Assembly: GCA_965231815.1 (NCBI GenBank)
Contig: OZ246890.1
Location: forward strand, 2,747,351 to 2,811,350
Source of the DNA: Acidimicrobiia bacterium
GTDB lineage: Bacteria > Actinomycetota > Acidimicrobiia > Spongiisociales > Spongiisociaceae
Length of the DNA: 64,000 nt
Direction of reading: 5' to 3'
Made by a program: the position numbers and the translations under genes. The notes beneath the pieces are model-generated. The model made no database searches, was not told where the DNA came from, and saw only the letters and a program-made list of their open reading frames with translations. Positions 53,315 through 63,416 of the stretch are shown here, one piece after another; position 1 is the first letter of the stretch; each line of letters starts with the position of its first letter.

Positions 53315-54143
53315 ATGGGTTCTGTTGTCCACTTCCCCCCACCCGCAGCACCGGAGCCGGATCATCCGGTGCGCCATGTCCCGTCCCTGTCCGGGGCGGT
53401 GGAGGCCTTCTTCGCCCACCGTGACCTCGCCGCGGAGACCCGCCGCAGCTACCGCAAAGCCCTCGATCCCCTCATCGAGGCGGTGGACGACGACAACCGT
53501 CCGGTTACTGACCTCGACCCGAATCTGGTGGCGGCCGTGTTCGCCGAGCGGTGGGATGGTTGCGCGCCGGCGACGTGGAACACCCGGCGGGTCGCCCTCC
53601 AGGCCTTCGCTTCCTGGTGCGGCGATCGGTGGCTCCTAGCTGCTGATCCTCCGACTGGTGTGGCGCCCGGCCGCCGGCAGGCGGACAACACCCGGGCGAT
53701 CCCGCTCGAGGATCTCGAGGAACTATGGCGGAGGAGGACGGTGCCGCTTCGGGAGAAGGCGCTGTGGCGGATGCTGTACGAAACGGCCGCCCGCGCATCG
53801 GAGGTCGTGGCCGTCGACGTGGAGGACCTCGACCGGGCGAGACGGAGGGCCCGGATCCGCTCCAAAGGCGGCAGCGTCGACATGATCCTGTGGGCGGCGC
53901 CCACCGCCCGCCTCTCGTACCGAACAGCCGCCGGGGGAGTTCCAAAAAACACTCCGGAGGGTGGACCCTCCACCAGCTCCGCCACTCGTCGCTTACGTAT
54001 CTGGCCGAGGCGGGAGTCTCCGCGGTGATGCTGCAGGCCAAGAGCCGGCATCGAGACCTGCGTACCTTGTCGTCTATACGCGGCCCGGTGTCGAAGCAGT
54101 CGCGCGGCTCACCGCTAACCACTACGACAGCCCTGGCGGCTAA
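53315..54143 (+). pseudogene. Tyrosine recombinase pseudogene (probable internal deletion, two frameshifts)
   Basis: LYETAARASE (R), SKGG (K), LHQLRH, SRH and YTRP distributed over three frames. Confidence 0.85.
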
Positions 54144-54362
54144 CCAGCGATCCGGCACGCTTCCTGTCTGAGCGCTGGCACCGAACAGTTCTGGGGACGG
54201 GAACCGGCGTGGCGATCGTCCGCCAGACCGTGTAGACGGTCTGGTCCTCGGTTCTTCTTCCAATCCGGCGGTCTGGGGTTCCTCGCCATTGGACAACCTC
54301 AACCTTCCCGGCCCGTTAATCGGCTTCTGGGGCCTCGGGTTTGGGAGATCCGACTAGCTGAT

Positions 54363-55226
54363 TCAGGGCTGGGGGAGTAGCACCAGGTAAGGCTCTAAAT
54401 AGTGCTTCGCAACAATGGTTGCAACAGTTATGCCCCCCCATTTGATCAACAACACGAGGCCCTTGCCCACCTGTTTGGTCACGATGTACACAGCCCGCCT
54501 GTCCTCGTCACGGCGGGAACCAATGTCGGTGGTCTGGCTCCGGACGAGATCGGTTGCTTTGGCTGAGGTGTTGTAATCGTCTTGGAAGGCACCGTCCTCG
54601 AACTCGAGTTCGAGGAACTCAGCTATCGAGAACTTGGGGATCGAGAGGTTAGGTGGTCTGGCTGAGCCGCTGATCATGTCGCGGATTCCTGAGTGCTCGA
54701 ACACGGCAGTAGCGGTGGTGAGTGCGTCGCGGCGGGTTGAGTAGCCAGCCAGGATGGCTGCGTTGCCGAAAAGGTCGGCAATGCCGGGCGGTGTGGCTAT
54801 GCCGATCAAAGCGGGTGCGGCCTCGAACTTGGGCTTGGGGAAAGCAGACACCGGAAACTCGAACTTGGGAAAATCGACACTCAGGGCGAGTGGAGGGGTT
54901 ATCAGCCGGGAGAGGTGGGTGGTCATGCGTTTGTTGTGGTCGAGCATGGCACTCAGGGCGGGTGGAGGGGTTGCCAGCCGGGAGAGGTGGGTGGTCATGC
55001 GTTTGTTGTGGTCGAGCATGGCACTCAGGGCGGGTGGAGGGGTTGCCAGCCGGGAGAGGTGGGTGGTCATGCGTTTGTTGTGGTCGAGCATGGCACTCAG
55101 GGCGGGTGGAGGGGTTGCCAGCCGGGAGAGGTGGGTGGTCATGCGTTTGTTGTGGTCGAGCATGGCACTCAGGGCGGGTGTTGGTGCGAGCTGGCTGGCC
55201 AGGCTGGAGTTGCTGAGTTCGGTCAT
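54363..55226 (-). CDS. Hypothetical protein with four 24-aa tandem repeats and a hydrophobic C-terminus
   Basis: Repeat unit PPPALSAMLDHNKRMTTHLSRLAT; open frame continues through unique sequence. Confidence 0.6.
   Translation of the reverse strand: MTELSNSSLASQLAPTPALSAMLDHNKRMTTHLSRLATPPPALSAMLDHNKRMTTHLSRLATPPPALSAMLDHNKRMTTHLSRLATPPPALSAMLDHNKRMTTHLSRLITPPLALSVDFPKFEFPVSAFPKPKFEAAPALIGIATPPGIADLFGNAAILAGYSTRRDALTTATAVFEHSGIRDMISGSARPPNLSIPKFSIAEFLELEFEDGAFQDDYNTSAKATDLVRSQTTDIGSRRDEDRRAVYIVTKQVGKGLVLLIKWGGITVATIVAKHYLEPYLVLLPQP
54878..55180. repeat. 72-bp near-perfect tandem repeat, four full units plus a partial
   Basis: CACTCAGGGCG recurs at 54878, 54950, 55022, 55094 and 55166. Confidence 0.95.
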
Positions 55227-55315
55227 AGTTCTGCCTATGGTTGTTCTGGCCCCAGGATAGAGGGTGGTGGGAGAAACACCGAGGCAAACGAGGGATGCCG
55301 CGGTTGGAGCAGTTG

Positions 55316-55468
55316 TTGACGCATCTGGCTGAGGCTGGTGTATCGGCGGTGATGTTGCAGGTGAAGAGCCGACATCGGTATCTTCGTACTTTGTCGGTGT
55401 ACACCCGACCAGGTGTAGAGGCGGTGGCTCGGCTTACTGCCGACCAGTTCGATGGTCCGGCACGTTGA
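55316..55468 (+). pseudogene. Diverged second copy of the tyrosine recombinase 3' end
   Basis: LTHLAEAGVSAVMLQVKSRHRYLRTLSVYTRPGVEAVARLTA matches 53992-54143. Confidence 0.88.
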
Positions 55469-55608
55469 CTATGTCAACCCACCGGTTCCAAGGGCCGGTC
55501 CAGCATCGGCCGGATGCCTCGGCGAGTTCGTGAAGGGCCATCGGGTGCGGGAGCGGTGCGTCCTTCGACCATGACCACCTCGGGAAGCTGATCACCTACG
55601 CCGCCGCG

Positions 55609-56160
55609 TTGGAAGTTCGTTGGGCTGTCCTGGTCGCGAAACAGTTCCGCCCCGAGCACCGCTCAGCGCTTACCCGGCTCAATTCCATCTCGGGTAAAGG
55701 AAACGGCTTCTTCGGAATCGAAGTTCAAGCCGTCCGTATCGCGGACTCTCCCACGGCGATCCGACTCGACATGGTTGCCAAACCCGACGACTTCTCACGA
55801 CGGGCACAAGCCGGAGCGACCAACGTATCCGAGACAGGGGGTCGCTACATCGAGTGGTGGGCAGAGTTCCTTCCCGAGTTCCACGCCGCACACCCAGGTT
55901 GGAGCAACGCTCACAAACCGTCGTACGCCAACTGGATGAACTTCCCTAGCGGCAAGGGCGGCGTTCGCTACGGACTCAACTTCGCGTATCCCACCGGCGC
56001 TTCCAACTACAGCCTCTCCGCCCATGTGTACATGGACGACGGCGACTCGGTCTACCCGGCGCTTGAAGCCCAACGCTCGGAGATCGAAGCTACATGCGGC
56101 CTCGCCCTCCAATGGGACCCAGGCGAGAACAAGCAATCCTCGCGAGTCGAAGCGTGTCCA
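55609..56160 (+). pseudogene. DUF4268-like protein fragment truncated by the IS end
   Basis: AKQFRPEHRSALTRLN, FFGIEV, YIEWWAEF, RSEIEA..LQW; runs into the IS3 right-end copy. Confidence 0.65.
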
Positions 56161-56221
56161 GACAAATACTACCATCACACGGCCGCATAAACCGAGTGTC
56201 CAGCTCACGGGGGGAACTCCA
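56161..56221 (+). mobile_element. Isolated IS3 right-end copy
   Basis: 61 bp matching 49700-49760 with one mismatch. Confidence 0.92.
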
Positions 56222-56370
56222 GTCTCAAGGTGCACTTCGCCGAGCACGGCGGCAAGGGATGGGTGTACCCTCTGACCGAGGTGGTTCCGATGCTGCGCGA
56301 GGCCGGGGTCACCGAAGATCAGTTGAACGATATCCTGGTGGAGAACCCGAAGCGGATCTTCGCCGTCTGA
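56222..56370 (+). pseudogene. 3' end of the interrupted phosphotriesterase-like gene
   Basis: LKVHFAEHGGKGWVYPLTEVVPMLREAGVTEDQLNDILVENPKRIFAV*, homologous to the end of 41045-42130. Confidence 0.85.
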
Positions 56371-56378
56371 GGGTTGAG

Positions 56379-56747
56379 ATGATGAAGATCGGCGCGGTCA
56401 TGCTCTACGTCGACGATTTCGACACGGCACTCGAGTTCTATCGCGACACCGTAGGCCTGGATGTTGCCGACATAGAGCCCGGAGTCGGTTACCAGCCGTT
56501 GGTCGACTTCGCATTCCTGACGTCGGACCGAGCAGCGCTTGAGGTATTCGATCGCGCCACCCACGGCTCCGGCATCACGGACGATGAGGCAGGGCGGGTG
56601 CACATCGGGCTGGAAGTGGCCGATCTGGCAACGGAAAGGGACCGCCTCGACGCGATGGGCGCTACCGAGACCCGCGACTGGGGGACGTACTTCGTCCTGT
56701 CCGACCCCGAAGGCAACCGGCTACAGGTCTACCAGTTCGCAGGATGA
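56379..56747 (+). CDS. VOC/glyoxalase family protein
   Basis: LYVDDFDTALEFYRDTVGL, HIGLEV, SDPEGNRLQV. Confidence 0.88.
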   Translation: MMKIGAVMLYVDDFDTALEFYRDTVGLDVADIEPGVGYQPLVDFAFLTSDRAALEVFDRATHGSGITDDEAGRVHIGLEVADLATERDRLDAMGATETRDWGTYFVLSDPEGNRLQVYQFAG

Positions 56748-57985
56748 TCGACCTCACCGACGCCGGCGTAGTCGACTTCCATGCCCACATGTCGCTCCAG
56801 ATCGGTGTGGGCGAGCTGATCCGGCGCGACGTGACCGCTCAACTGAACCTCTTCCACGGCACGCCGGGCACGTCATATCGCTGGGACGATCTTGAACCGG
56901 CCCCCGACTACGAGCGCGGCATGGCGCAATGGGCCCACCCGCTCAACTCGCAGTACCGCATGCTGATCAGGTACGTGGCCGGGGCCCTGGGATGCGAGCC
57001 CGATGTCGTGGAGATCGACGAAACGCTCTCTGCCACGATGGAGCAGGGCTTCAGCATGTATCTGGAATCGGTGCTCGACCGGGAGCGTATCGACCTCGTC
57101 GTGCTCGACCTGCTCGGCGAGTTGCGTGACGGGGCCGCCGGATTCCCGGACGACCGTTATGTGTGGATCTACGGAATCACCCCGTTGCTCTCTCCACTTG
57201 CCGTGATCGAGAGCGGCATCACTTCGCTCGACGACGCCATCAGGTGGGTCGACGAGTCGATCGACAGTGCCGTGGCGCAAGGGTGCGTCGGGTTCAAGAA
57301 CCTGATGGGCTACTACCGCGCGCTCGACGTCTCGAGGCCCACCGCCGATGAAGCCGCTTCCGGGCTGCGCCAGGTAGCGGCGACGCCCCCGGCCGACGTG
57401 AAAGAGTCGTTCCTGTACGGGCGTGTCGGGATCTACGACGAGGCGGCCGGGCGCGCGGCGCGGGCATACGAGGACTTCGTGATCCGCCACATCGTCGCCC
57501 GCGCCGGCGATCTCGGCCTGCTGCAGCTGATTCACACCGGGGCCCAGTACTCGCCCAACCAGAACCTGCACGCCGCGGATCCGGCACGCTTGTTCTCCCT
57601 TTTCTCGGACCCGGCTTCGAACGGAACGACGTTCGTCATGCTCCATGCCGGGGCGCCGTACCACGAGAACGCCGCCTACATGGCCTGGCAGTTTCCCAAC
57701 GTGTACGTCGACCTGTCCCACACGATGCGGATACCGGGGCGCCTCAATTCGATTCTGAGCACCATTCTGTCCATAGCTCCTGCGCACAAGGTGCTCTACG
57801 GCAGCGATTCCTACGCATCGGCCGAATGGCTCGGCTACAGCGCACACCGGATGCGGAAACATCTGGCACTCGTGCTGAGCGATCTCTCTGCCGACCTGGA
57901 GTGGACCGAGGCGGAGGCCGAACAAGCCGGCCGGATGGTGCTCGGAGACAACGCCAGGGCCATACTGCCCGGTGTCGCTCGGTGA
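56744..57985 (+). CDS. Amidohydrolase_2 family protein (FluG N-terminal-like)
   Basis: VDFHAH, GFKN..YYR.L, IHTG, LHAGAPY, LYGSD. Confidence 0.82.
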   Translation: MIDLTDAGVVDFHAHMSLQIGVGELIRRDVTAQLNLFHGTPGTSYRWDDLEPAPDYERGMAQWAHPLNSQYRMLIRYVAGALGCEPDVVEIDETLSATMEQGFSMYLESVLDRERIDLVVLDLLGELRDGAAGFPDDRYVWIYGITPLLSPLAVIESGITSLDDAIRWVDESIDSAVAQGCVGFKNLMGYYRALDVSRPTADEAASGLRQVAATPPADVKESFLYGRVGIYDEAAGRAARAYEDFVIRHIVARAGDLGLLQLIHTGAQYSPNQNLHAADPARLFSLFSDPASNGTTFVMLHAGAPYHENAAYMAWQFPNVYVDLSHTMRIPGRLNSILSTILSIAPAHKVLYGSDSYASAEWLGYSAHRMRKHLALVLSDLSADLEWTEAEAEQAGRMVLGDNARAILPGVAR

Positions 57986-58034
57986 GCGACCAGGCCCATT
58001 TCCAGGCATGTCAACGGATTTGACTCACTACTAA

Positions 58035-58426
58035 CCCTGATTCTTCATGGGTTGGCTGGATGGGGGGTGTTGAGTAGGACGGGTGTGGTAGACCCGGGGT
58101 GGTTCGGGGTGGTTGCTGGTTGGGGTTTAGGTGAGGGCGTTGATGTGTTGGTGGGCTTGGCGTAGGAGGTGGGCGGTGGGCCAGGTGTGGGGGATGCGGA
58201 TGGTGGTTTGTCGGGCGTGGCGTATGAGCCGGGCTGGGGTGTGCCATAGGTACCGGCGCAGCGTCTTCGGTCTGGCTCCGGTTGGGCGGGTGCCGGCTAG
58301 GCATAGGAGTTGGAACCAGCGGACGAGCGCGTCGGCGTAGGTGACGAGGGTTAGCCAGGCTCGGTTGGCGTCGAGGTTGGTGAAGGGGAAGCGGTTGGCA
58401 CCGCTGTCTTTGAGACGGGCGATGGT
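58035..58426 (-). mobile_element. IS1380 family remnant (transposase C-terminus and right end)
   Basis: IARLKDSG..RFPFTNLDANRAW, PKTLRRYLWHTPARLIRHAR; end-like CCCTGATTCTTCA; strongly skewed G/T composition. Confidence 0.75.
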
Positions 58427-58798
58427 GCGGTGCACACCCACATGACCAACTCTCGCCTGACCGATCCCGAAGTGCTGGAGTGGCGGTTCCCCGTCCGCCT
58501 GGTCAGCTTCCAGGTCAGGAGAGGGTCAGGAGGGCGGGGCAGGTACTCGGGTGGCGACGGCGCCGTCCGCCGGGTCCGGTTCGGGGAGGAGATGACCGTC
58601 AACATCCTGTCGTCCCGGCGGGTGATCGCGCCCTTCGGCGTCGATGGAGGCGAACCCGGCGCGGCGGGCCGCAACCGGATATTCCGCTCCGACGGCCGGG
58701 TCGAGGAGGTGGCAGGCAACTCGCAGGCCGAAGTAGGACCGGGAGATGTGTTCGAGATCGCCACCCCTGGTGGGGGAGGCTACGGGGCGCCGGCCTGA
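58427..58798 (+). pseudogene. Second copy of the hydantoinase/oxoprolinase 3' end (372 bp)
   Basis: Colinear with 45423-45794; HTHMTNSRLTDPE...TPGGGGYG. Confidence 0.9.
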
Positions 58799-58807
58799 CC
58801 TTCTCGT

Positions 58808-59314
58808 TCAGGCCGTCGGATCGCGGAGGCAGCGGCGCTCGGCGCTCGTGTGCAGGAGTCTCGTGTAGGCAGCCAGTCCAGGTTCCGACTCGGACACGCC
58901 GAGCAGTTCCGAGCGGGCCAGGGATGCCCGTGCTGACGCGTCCTCCAAAGACGTGGCGCCCTTCCAGGTTTCGCAGACGGAGCGTATGTCGAAGAGCAAC
59001 TGGTCCTCGCTGATCTCTGCAAAGGTGGTTCCTCCGACCTCCGACGCCAGCTGATCCATCAGACCAAGTGGCGAGGAGGCCGGCTGGTGGTCGCTGGTGG
59101 TCCCGGACGGATCGGGAGCCGGACACCAGGAGCACTCCCCGACTTTCGCGGTGGTGGGTTGCTCCTGGACTATGGCGGTGGTGGTGGGTTGCTCCTGGAC
59201 CTTGGTGGTGGTGGGTTGCTCCTGGAGATCGGCGTCCTCTGTAACCGGCCCGTGGCACCCGTACGACAGCAGGACCACCAGCAGGATCCACGGAGCGAGT
59301 CGGCAGTCCTTCAA
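58808..59314 (-). CDS. Putative lipoprotein with QEQPTT repeats
   Basis: TTGA overlap with the CocE stop; signal WILLVVLLSYGC; three QEQPTT units. Confidence 0.6.
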   Translation of the reverse strand: MKDCRLAPWILLVVLLSYGCHGPVTEDADLQEQPTTTKVQEQPTTTAIVQEQPTTAKVGECSWCPAPDPSGTTSDHQPASSPLGLMDQLASEVGGTTFAEISEDQLLFDIRSVCETWKGATSLEDASARASLARSELLGVSESEPGLAAYTRLLHTSAERRCLRDPTA

Positions 59315-61050
59315 CGGGGGATGACGGGAAGGAGCACGTGGCTGGGCCGGTCCCGGTCGTGGAACACCGTCTGGGTGGCGGTCTGCATGGAGGTCTCGTT
59401 CCACAATTCCCCGCCCATGTTGGGGTTGCGGTCGAAACGCGGGAAGTTGCTGCTCGACACCTCCACCCGGAGCCGGTGGCCGGCCTTGAAGACCTGGCTG
59501 GTCTGCCACATGTCGATGGTGAACCGGTACGGGACGCCGGGCGTCATCAAGGTCGGGTCGGTGACCGAGTCGCGGTAACGTGCCCTCCGGATGCCCTCGC
59601 AAATGATAATCGCCCTACCGTCCGGATAGACATCGCACAGAGTGGCGGTGAAGTCCGTGTCCGGGGCGGAACTGGCCGCATAGAGGGTCATGGTCACCGG
59701 ACCGGTGACCTCTAGATCGCGGTCGAGCGGAGTGCTGGTGAAGACCAGGATGTCCGGGCGCTGCTGGAGATGCGCCCGATCCCTTGGGCCGGCGTTGTCC
59801 AGTATGACGTCGCACCCCCCGAGGGTGGGCACAGGATCGGCCGGGTCGTAGACGAACCGATCGGAAGGCTCGCTCCCCGGTGGACGGAACGACAGGCGCC
59901 CGTTCCCCTTCAGCGACCGAGCGTCACCGTCGCTGCGGAGATAGAGGGCGCGGTACTCGGTACGGGCAAGCGGCCACTCGTCCTCGTCTCGCCACTCGGA
60001 GGCGCCCATTACGTAGATCCGGACGGGTGGCAGATCGTCAACTCCGTTATCGACACCCTTGAGTCGGCGGTCGTACCAGTCGAGATGGAGCCCGGGTAAG
60101 TCAAAATCACCTCCCGACCCCAAGTCGATGTCGCCGTTGCGGTCAGCCCGGTCGAGGTCGTGCGCCCACGGTCCGACGATGATGCGCGTCTGGGACCGCG
60201 CCGCTTCCGATCCTCCACCCCGCTTGAGGCCCGCGTAGGTCTTCATCACCTCCCGCGACAGGTTGTCGTACCACCCGGTAACGAAGTAAGCGGGCGCCTT
60301 GATCATCCCGTACTTGTCTTTCAGTCCATAGGTCCGCCACGACGAGTCGAAGGTCGGGTGGTCCAGGAACGTCCAGTACGGGGGCCGGAAAATCCCGACG
60401 ACCGCCTTCTTGAGCGGCATGTACCGGTAGAGAGCGTCCACGTCCAAGAACTCGAAGCTGGTGCAGTTCATCGTTCGTCGCCCGCCATTGATGCCCCAGA
60501 CGATGTTCTGCAGCTGCAACACCCCCCCGTCCATCAGGAAGTAACCGTAGTTATCCTCCTGGTTTCCCACCGGCAGAGTTCCCTTGAGGGAATGGTGGCC
60601 CGACAGCGCTGCCTGCAACTGTGTGAAGGCCACGTAGGACTGTCCGAAGGTTCCGATATTGCCGTCACACCAGGGCTGGGAGGAGAGCCAGGCCAGCGTG
60701 TCGGCCCCGTCGGACGCCTCGTGGATGTAGGGAACAAAATCTCCGTCCGAGTCGTAGCGGCCCCGGCAATCCTGCATGACCACCGCGTATCCGCCGGAGA
60801 GAAAGCGGGGAACCCACTCCTGAAAGTAGGCCAGGTCGGTACAGATCTCGCCGCTCTGCTTCCCGTAAATGGTGCGACACAGGAGAGTGGGGAAGGGACC
60901 GTCACCGGGTGGCAGGTATACATCCGACGACAGGTCGACGCCATCCCGCATCGGGGTCATTGTATCGATCATGACCGATACTCCTGCCCTGACGTCTTGT
61001 ATGGCCTTCAATCCTTCTCCCTCCGAGCGACCCCGAACCAACGACCTCAT
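59311..61050 (-). CDS. CocE/NonD family hydrolase
   Basis: PMRDGVDLSSDVY, QDCRGRYDSDG, GQSY, GWYD, GPWAH, SSSNFPRFDRN. Confidence 0.95.
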   Translation of the reverse strand: MRSLVRGRSEGEGLKAIQDVRAGVSVMIDTMTPMRDGVDLSSDVYLPPGDGPFPTLLCRTIYGKQSGEICTDLAYFQEWVPRFLSGGYAVVMQDCRGRYDSDGDFVPYIHEASDGADTLAWLSSQPWCDGNIGTFGQSYVAFTQLQAALSGHHSLKGTLPVGNQEDNYGYFLMDGGVLQLQNIVWGINGGRRTMNCTSFEFLDVDALYRYMPLKKAVVGIFRPPYWTFLDHPTFDSSWRTYGLKDKYGMIKAPAYFVTGWYDNLSREVMKTYAGLKRGGGSEAARSQTRIIVGPWAHDLDRADRNGDIDLGSGGDFDLPGLHLDWYDRRLKGVDNGVDDLPPVRIYVMGASEWRDEDEWPLARTEYRALYLRSDGDARSLKGNGRLSFRPPGSEPSDRFVYDPADPVPTLGGCDVILDNAGPRDRAHLQQRPDILVFTSTPLDRDLEVTGPVTMTLYAASSAPDTDFTATLCDVYPDGRAIIICEGIRRARYRDSVTDPTLMTPGVPYRFTIDMWQTSQVFKAGHRLRVEVSSSNFPRFDRNPNMGGELWNETSMQTATQTVFHDRDRPSHVLLPVIPR

Positions 61051-61159
61051 CGGAACAATCGGACGAGGTCTTCCACCCGCCCAACGCTAGCTTCTGGATG
61101 GCAAGGAGGCTGGCTTGGGGTGTACGGTTAAGCCTAGGCGTGAACGAGGGGAGACCGGG

Positions 61160-62050
61160 ATGATCATCGATACGCACGTCTGGCTTTCGAAGCCGGAGCA
61201 TTGGGGTGACCAGGACATCATGGACGACGCCATGTACAAGGCGGGCTGGGCCGCCCGGGGGCTCGGCACCAAGACCGGGCTCACCAAGGGCATCAACGCC
61301 GAGCAGATGGTGGAGATCATGGACGAGGCGGGGGTCGACATGGCGGTCTGCCACTCAGTGAAGGTGCCTCGCCTCAACACCCATGTGCCGACCGAGTGGG
61401 TTGTTTCGGAGTGTGCCAAGTTTCCCGACCGGCTGATCCCGATGGGTAGCGTCGACCTGCTCGGTGGGGTCAAATCCCTCCGGGAGATGGAGGAGATCAC
61501 CGCTATGGGCGGTGTTGGCATGAAAATGACCCCTGCGCCCAGCTACGACATGGCTCTGAACGACGAACGCCTGATGCCGATCTACGAGAAGGCGGCCGAA
61601 CTCGGAATGATCATCCAGATCCACACCGGCTGGTCCGGGTACGGTCGGCTGGCTCTGCAGCATCCCATCCTCCTCGACGACGTGGCGGTGCGCGTTCCCG
61701 AACTGAAGCTGATCGTCGTACACGCCGGCGAGAACTACTACGAAGAAGTCGTCATGATGATGCTAAAGAACCCCAACATGTACGCCGGTACCGGCTGGTG
61801 GGGGTTCCTGCAGCCGCTCGAGACCAACGTACGGTTCCTGAAGTATGCCAAGCACTTCATGGTGCTGGACAAGTGCCTGTGGGGCACCGACAACTTCGAC
61901 TGCCGGGAGGACGTGCCGTACACCAAGTCCTTCCCGAGGCTGGCCAAGGAACTGAACATCGCTCCGGGGTTGCCGGAACTGACCGATGAGGACATCGACG
62001 CCTACCTGGGCGACAACGCGGCCCGGCTGTACGGGGTCGGCGAGGGCTGA
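61160..62050 (+). CDS. Amidohydrolase_2 family protein
   Basis: IIDTHV, IHTG, VHAG, WGTDN, GDNAARL. Confidence 0.85.
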   Translation: MIIDTHVWLSKPEHWGDQDIMDDAMYKAGWAARGLGTKTGLTKGINAEQMVEIMDEAGVDMAVCHSVKVPRLNTHVPTEWVVSECAKFPDRLIPMGSVDLLGGVKSLREMEEITAMGGVGMKMTPAPSYDMALNDERLMPIYEKAAELGMIIQIHTGWSGYGRLALQHPILLDDVAVRVPELKLIVVHAGENYYEEVVMMMLKNPNMYAGTGWWGFLQPLETNVRFLKYAKHFMVLDKCLWGTDNFDCREDVPYTKSFPRLAKELNIAPGLPELTDEDIDAYLGDNAARLYGVGEG

Positions 62051-62067
62051 CCAACCTTCCGCGACCG

Positions 62068-63178
62068 ATGGCCCGAGCCGGTTTGCCATCACCCGGCCTG
62101 GCCGAGGCCGACCTGGATACGCCGGCTCTGGTGGTGGACCTCGACGCGCTGGAGCGGAACCTCGACCGGATGGCCTCCGCGGCGCGGGCGGCCGGGGTAG
62201 CGCTACGTCCCCACGTCAAGACTCATAAGAGCGTCGCCATCGCCCGCATGCAGTTGGAGCGTGGTGCGGTTGGCATCTGCGTGCAGACGGTCTCGGAAGC
62301 CGAGGCCATGGTGGAGGGCGGTATCCGGGATCTCGTCGTGGCCAACGAAGTGGTCGGGACCGGGAAGCTCCGCCGCCTGGCCGACCTGGCTCGGAAGGCC
62401 ACCATCACCGTCTGCGTGGACGATGTCGGAAACGTCGACGATCTGGGTCGTGCGGTCCGCCGGGCCGGTTCGTCGGTCGGCGTGATGGTGGAGATGAACA
62501 CCGCCCCATACCGGGCCGGGGTGCCCCCGGGGAAACCCTTCCTCCAGTTGGCCCAGCGGGTGGAATCGACCTCGTCCCTCCGTTTCGTAGGGATCCAGGC
62601 CTACAACGGGGTAGCCCAACACATAAGGGATCATCCTTCCCGTCAAGCCGCCACAGAGCGGAACACCGCGCTGGTGAAGGAGTCGGTCGACCTGCTGGCT
62701 CCCCACGGTATCCGCTGCGAGGTGGTCACCGGCGGTGGGACCGGGACGTACGACCTCGAGGCGACCTCCGGGGTCTACAACGAGATCCAGCCGGGTACCT
62801 ACGTGTTCATGGACGCGGGCTACCTGGCCAACCGGGATCGGTTGGGGGGGCCGTTCCGGGACTTCGAGGTGAGCCTCTACGTTCTCGCCACGGTGATGAG
62901 CCGTCGTCCCGGTATCGCGATCGTGGATGCCGGCCTCAAAGCCATCTCGCTGGGCAACGGTCTCCCTCTCGTGGAGGGCGGCGGAGCTCTCTACAGGAGG
63001 TTCGCCGACGAGCACGGGGTGCTCGCCCCGTCCGGATGCCCATTACCCCCCCCTCGGAAGTCAGGTCAGCTTGATACCGGTCAACTGCGACCCGACCGTT
63101 AACCTCTATGACCACCTCGTCTGCGTACGCAACAGCGTCGTCGAAGCCGTATGGCCCGTAGACGCCCGTGGCTATTGA
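62068..63178 (+). pseudogene. DSD1/D-threonine aldolase family PLP enzyme with a +1 frameshift in a C8 run
   Basis: LDTPAL, RPHVKTHK, GGGTG, EIQPGTYVFMD, DEHG, CDPTVNLYD; C8 at 63046-63053, and C7 restores 369 aa. Confidence 0.85.
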
Positions 63179-63416
63179 CCGGATCGCCGCGCGCCACAGC
63201 ACTGCCGGATCCGTGGAGACCTCATCCCTGGATCCATCAACGATCAGCGCGAAATCCGGAGCCGCTTGTGTCGGGGCCGTGAATAGCGAAGGATCATGCG
63301 GCAACGGCCCCGACCGCTTGGTCATACCAGCCGGTCGCCGGTGCCGAAATATCCGGAACTGTGTGGCTCCCGGAGAGACCGGGAGCCACACTTTATGTCG
63401 AAGTTGTTCGGGAGTC

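Larger units (their letters stand above)
48470..56221 (+). mobile_element. IS3-bounded composite element, 7,752 bp
   Basis: Starts TG at the IS3 left end, ends CA at a second right-end copy; GTC direct repeat at 48467-48469 and 56222-56224; removal rejoins HDHC-LKVH. Confidence 0.85.

Noticed and set aside
54878-55180. Possible CRISPR array (72-bp period)
   Set aside because: Units are near-identical along their whole length with no unique spacers, the period is a multiple of 3 within an ORF, and no cas genes are present.
45423-58798. Diversity-generating retroelement template/variable repeat pair
   Set aside because: Differences are not adenine-specific and no reverse transcriptase is present. 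The same applies to the other duplicated 3' ends.
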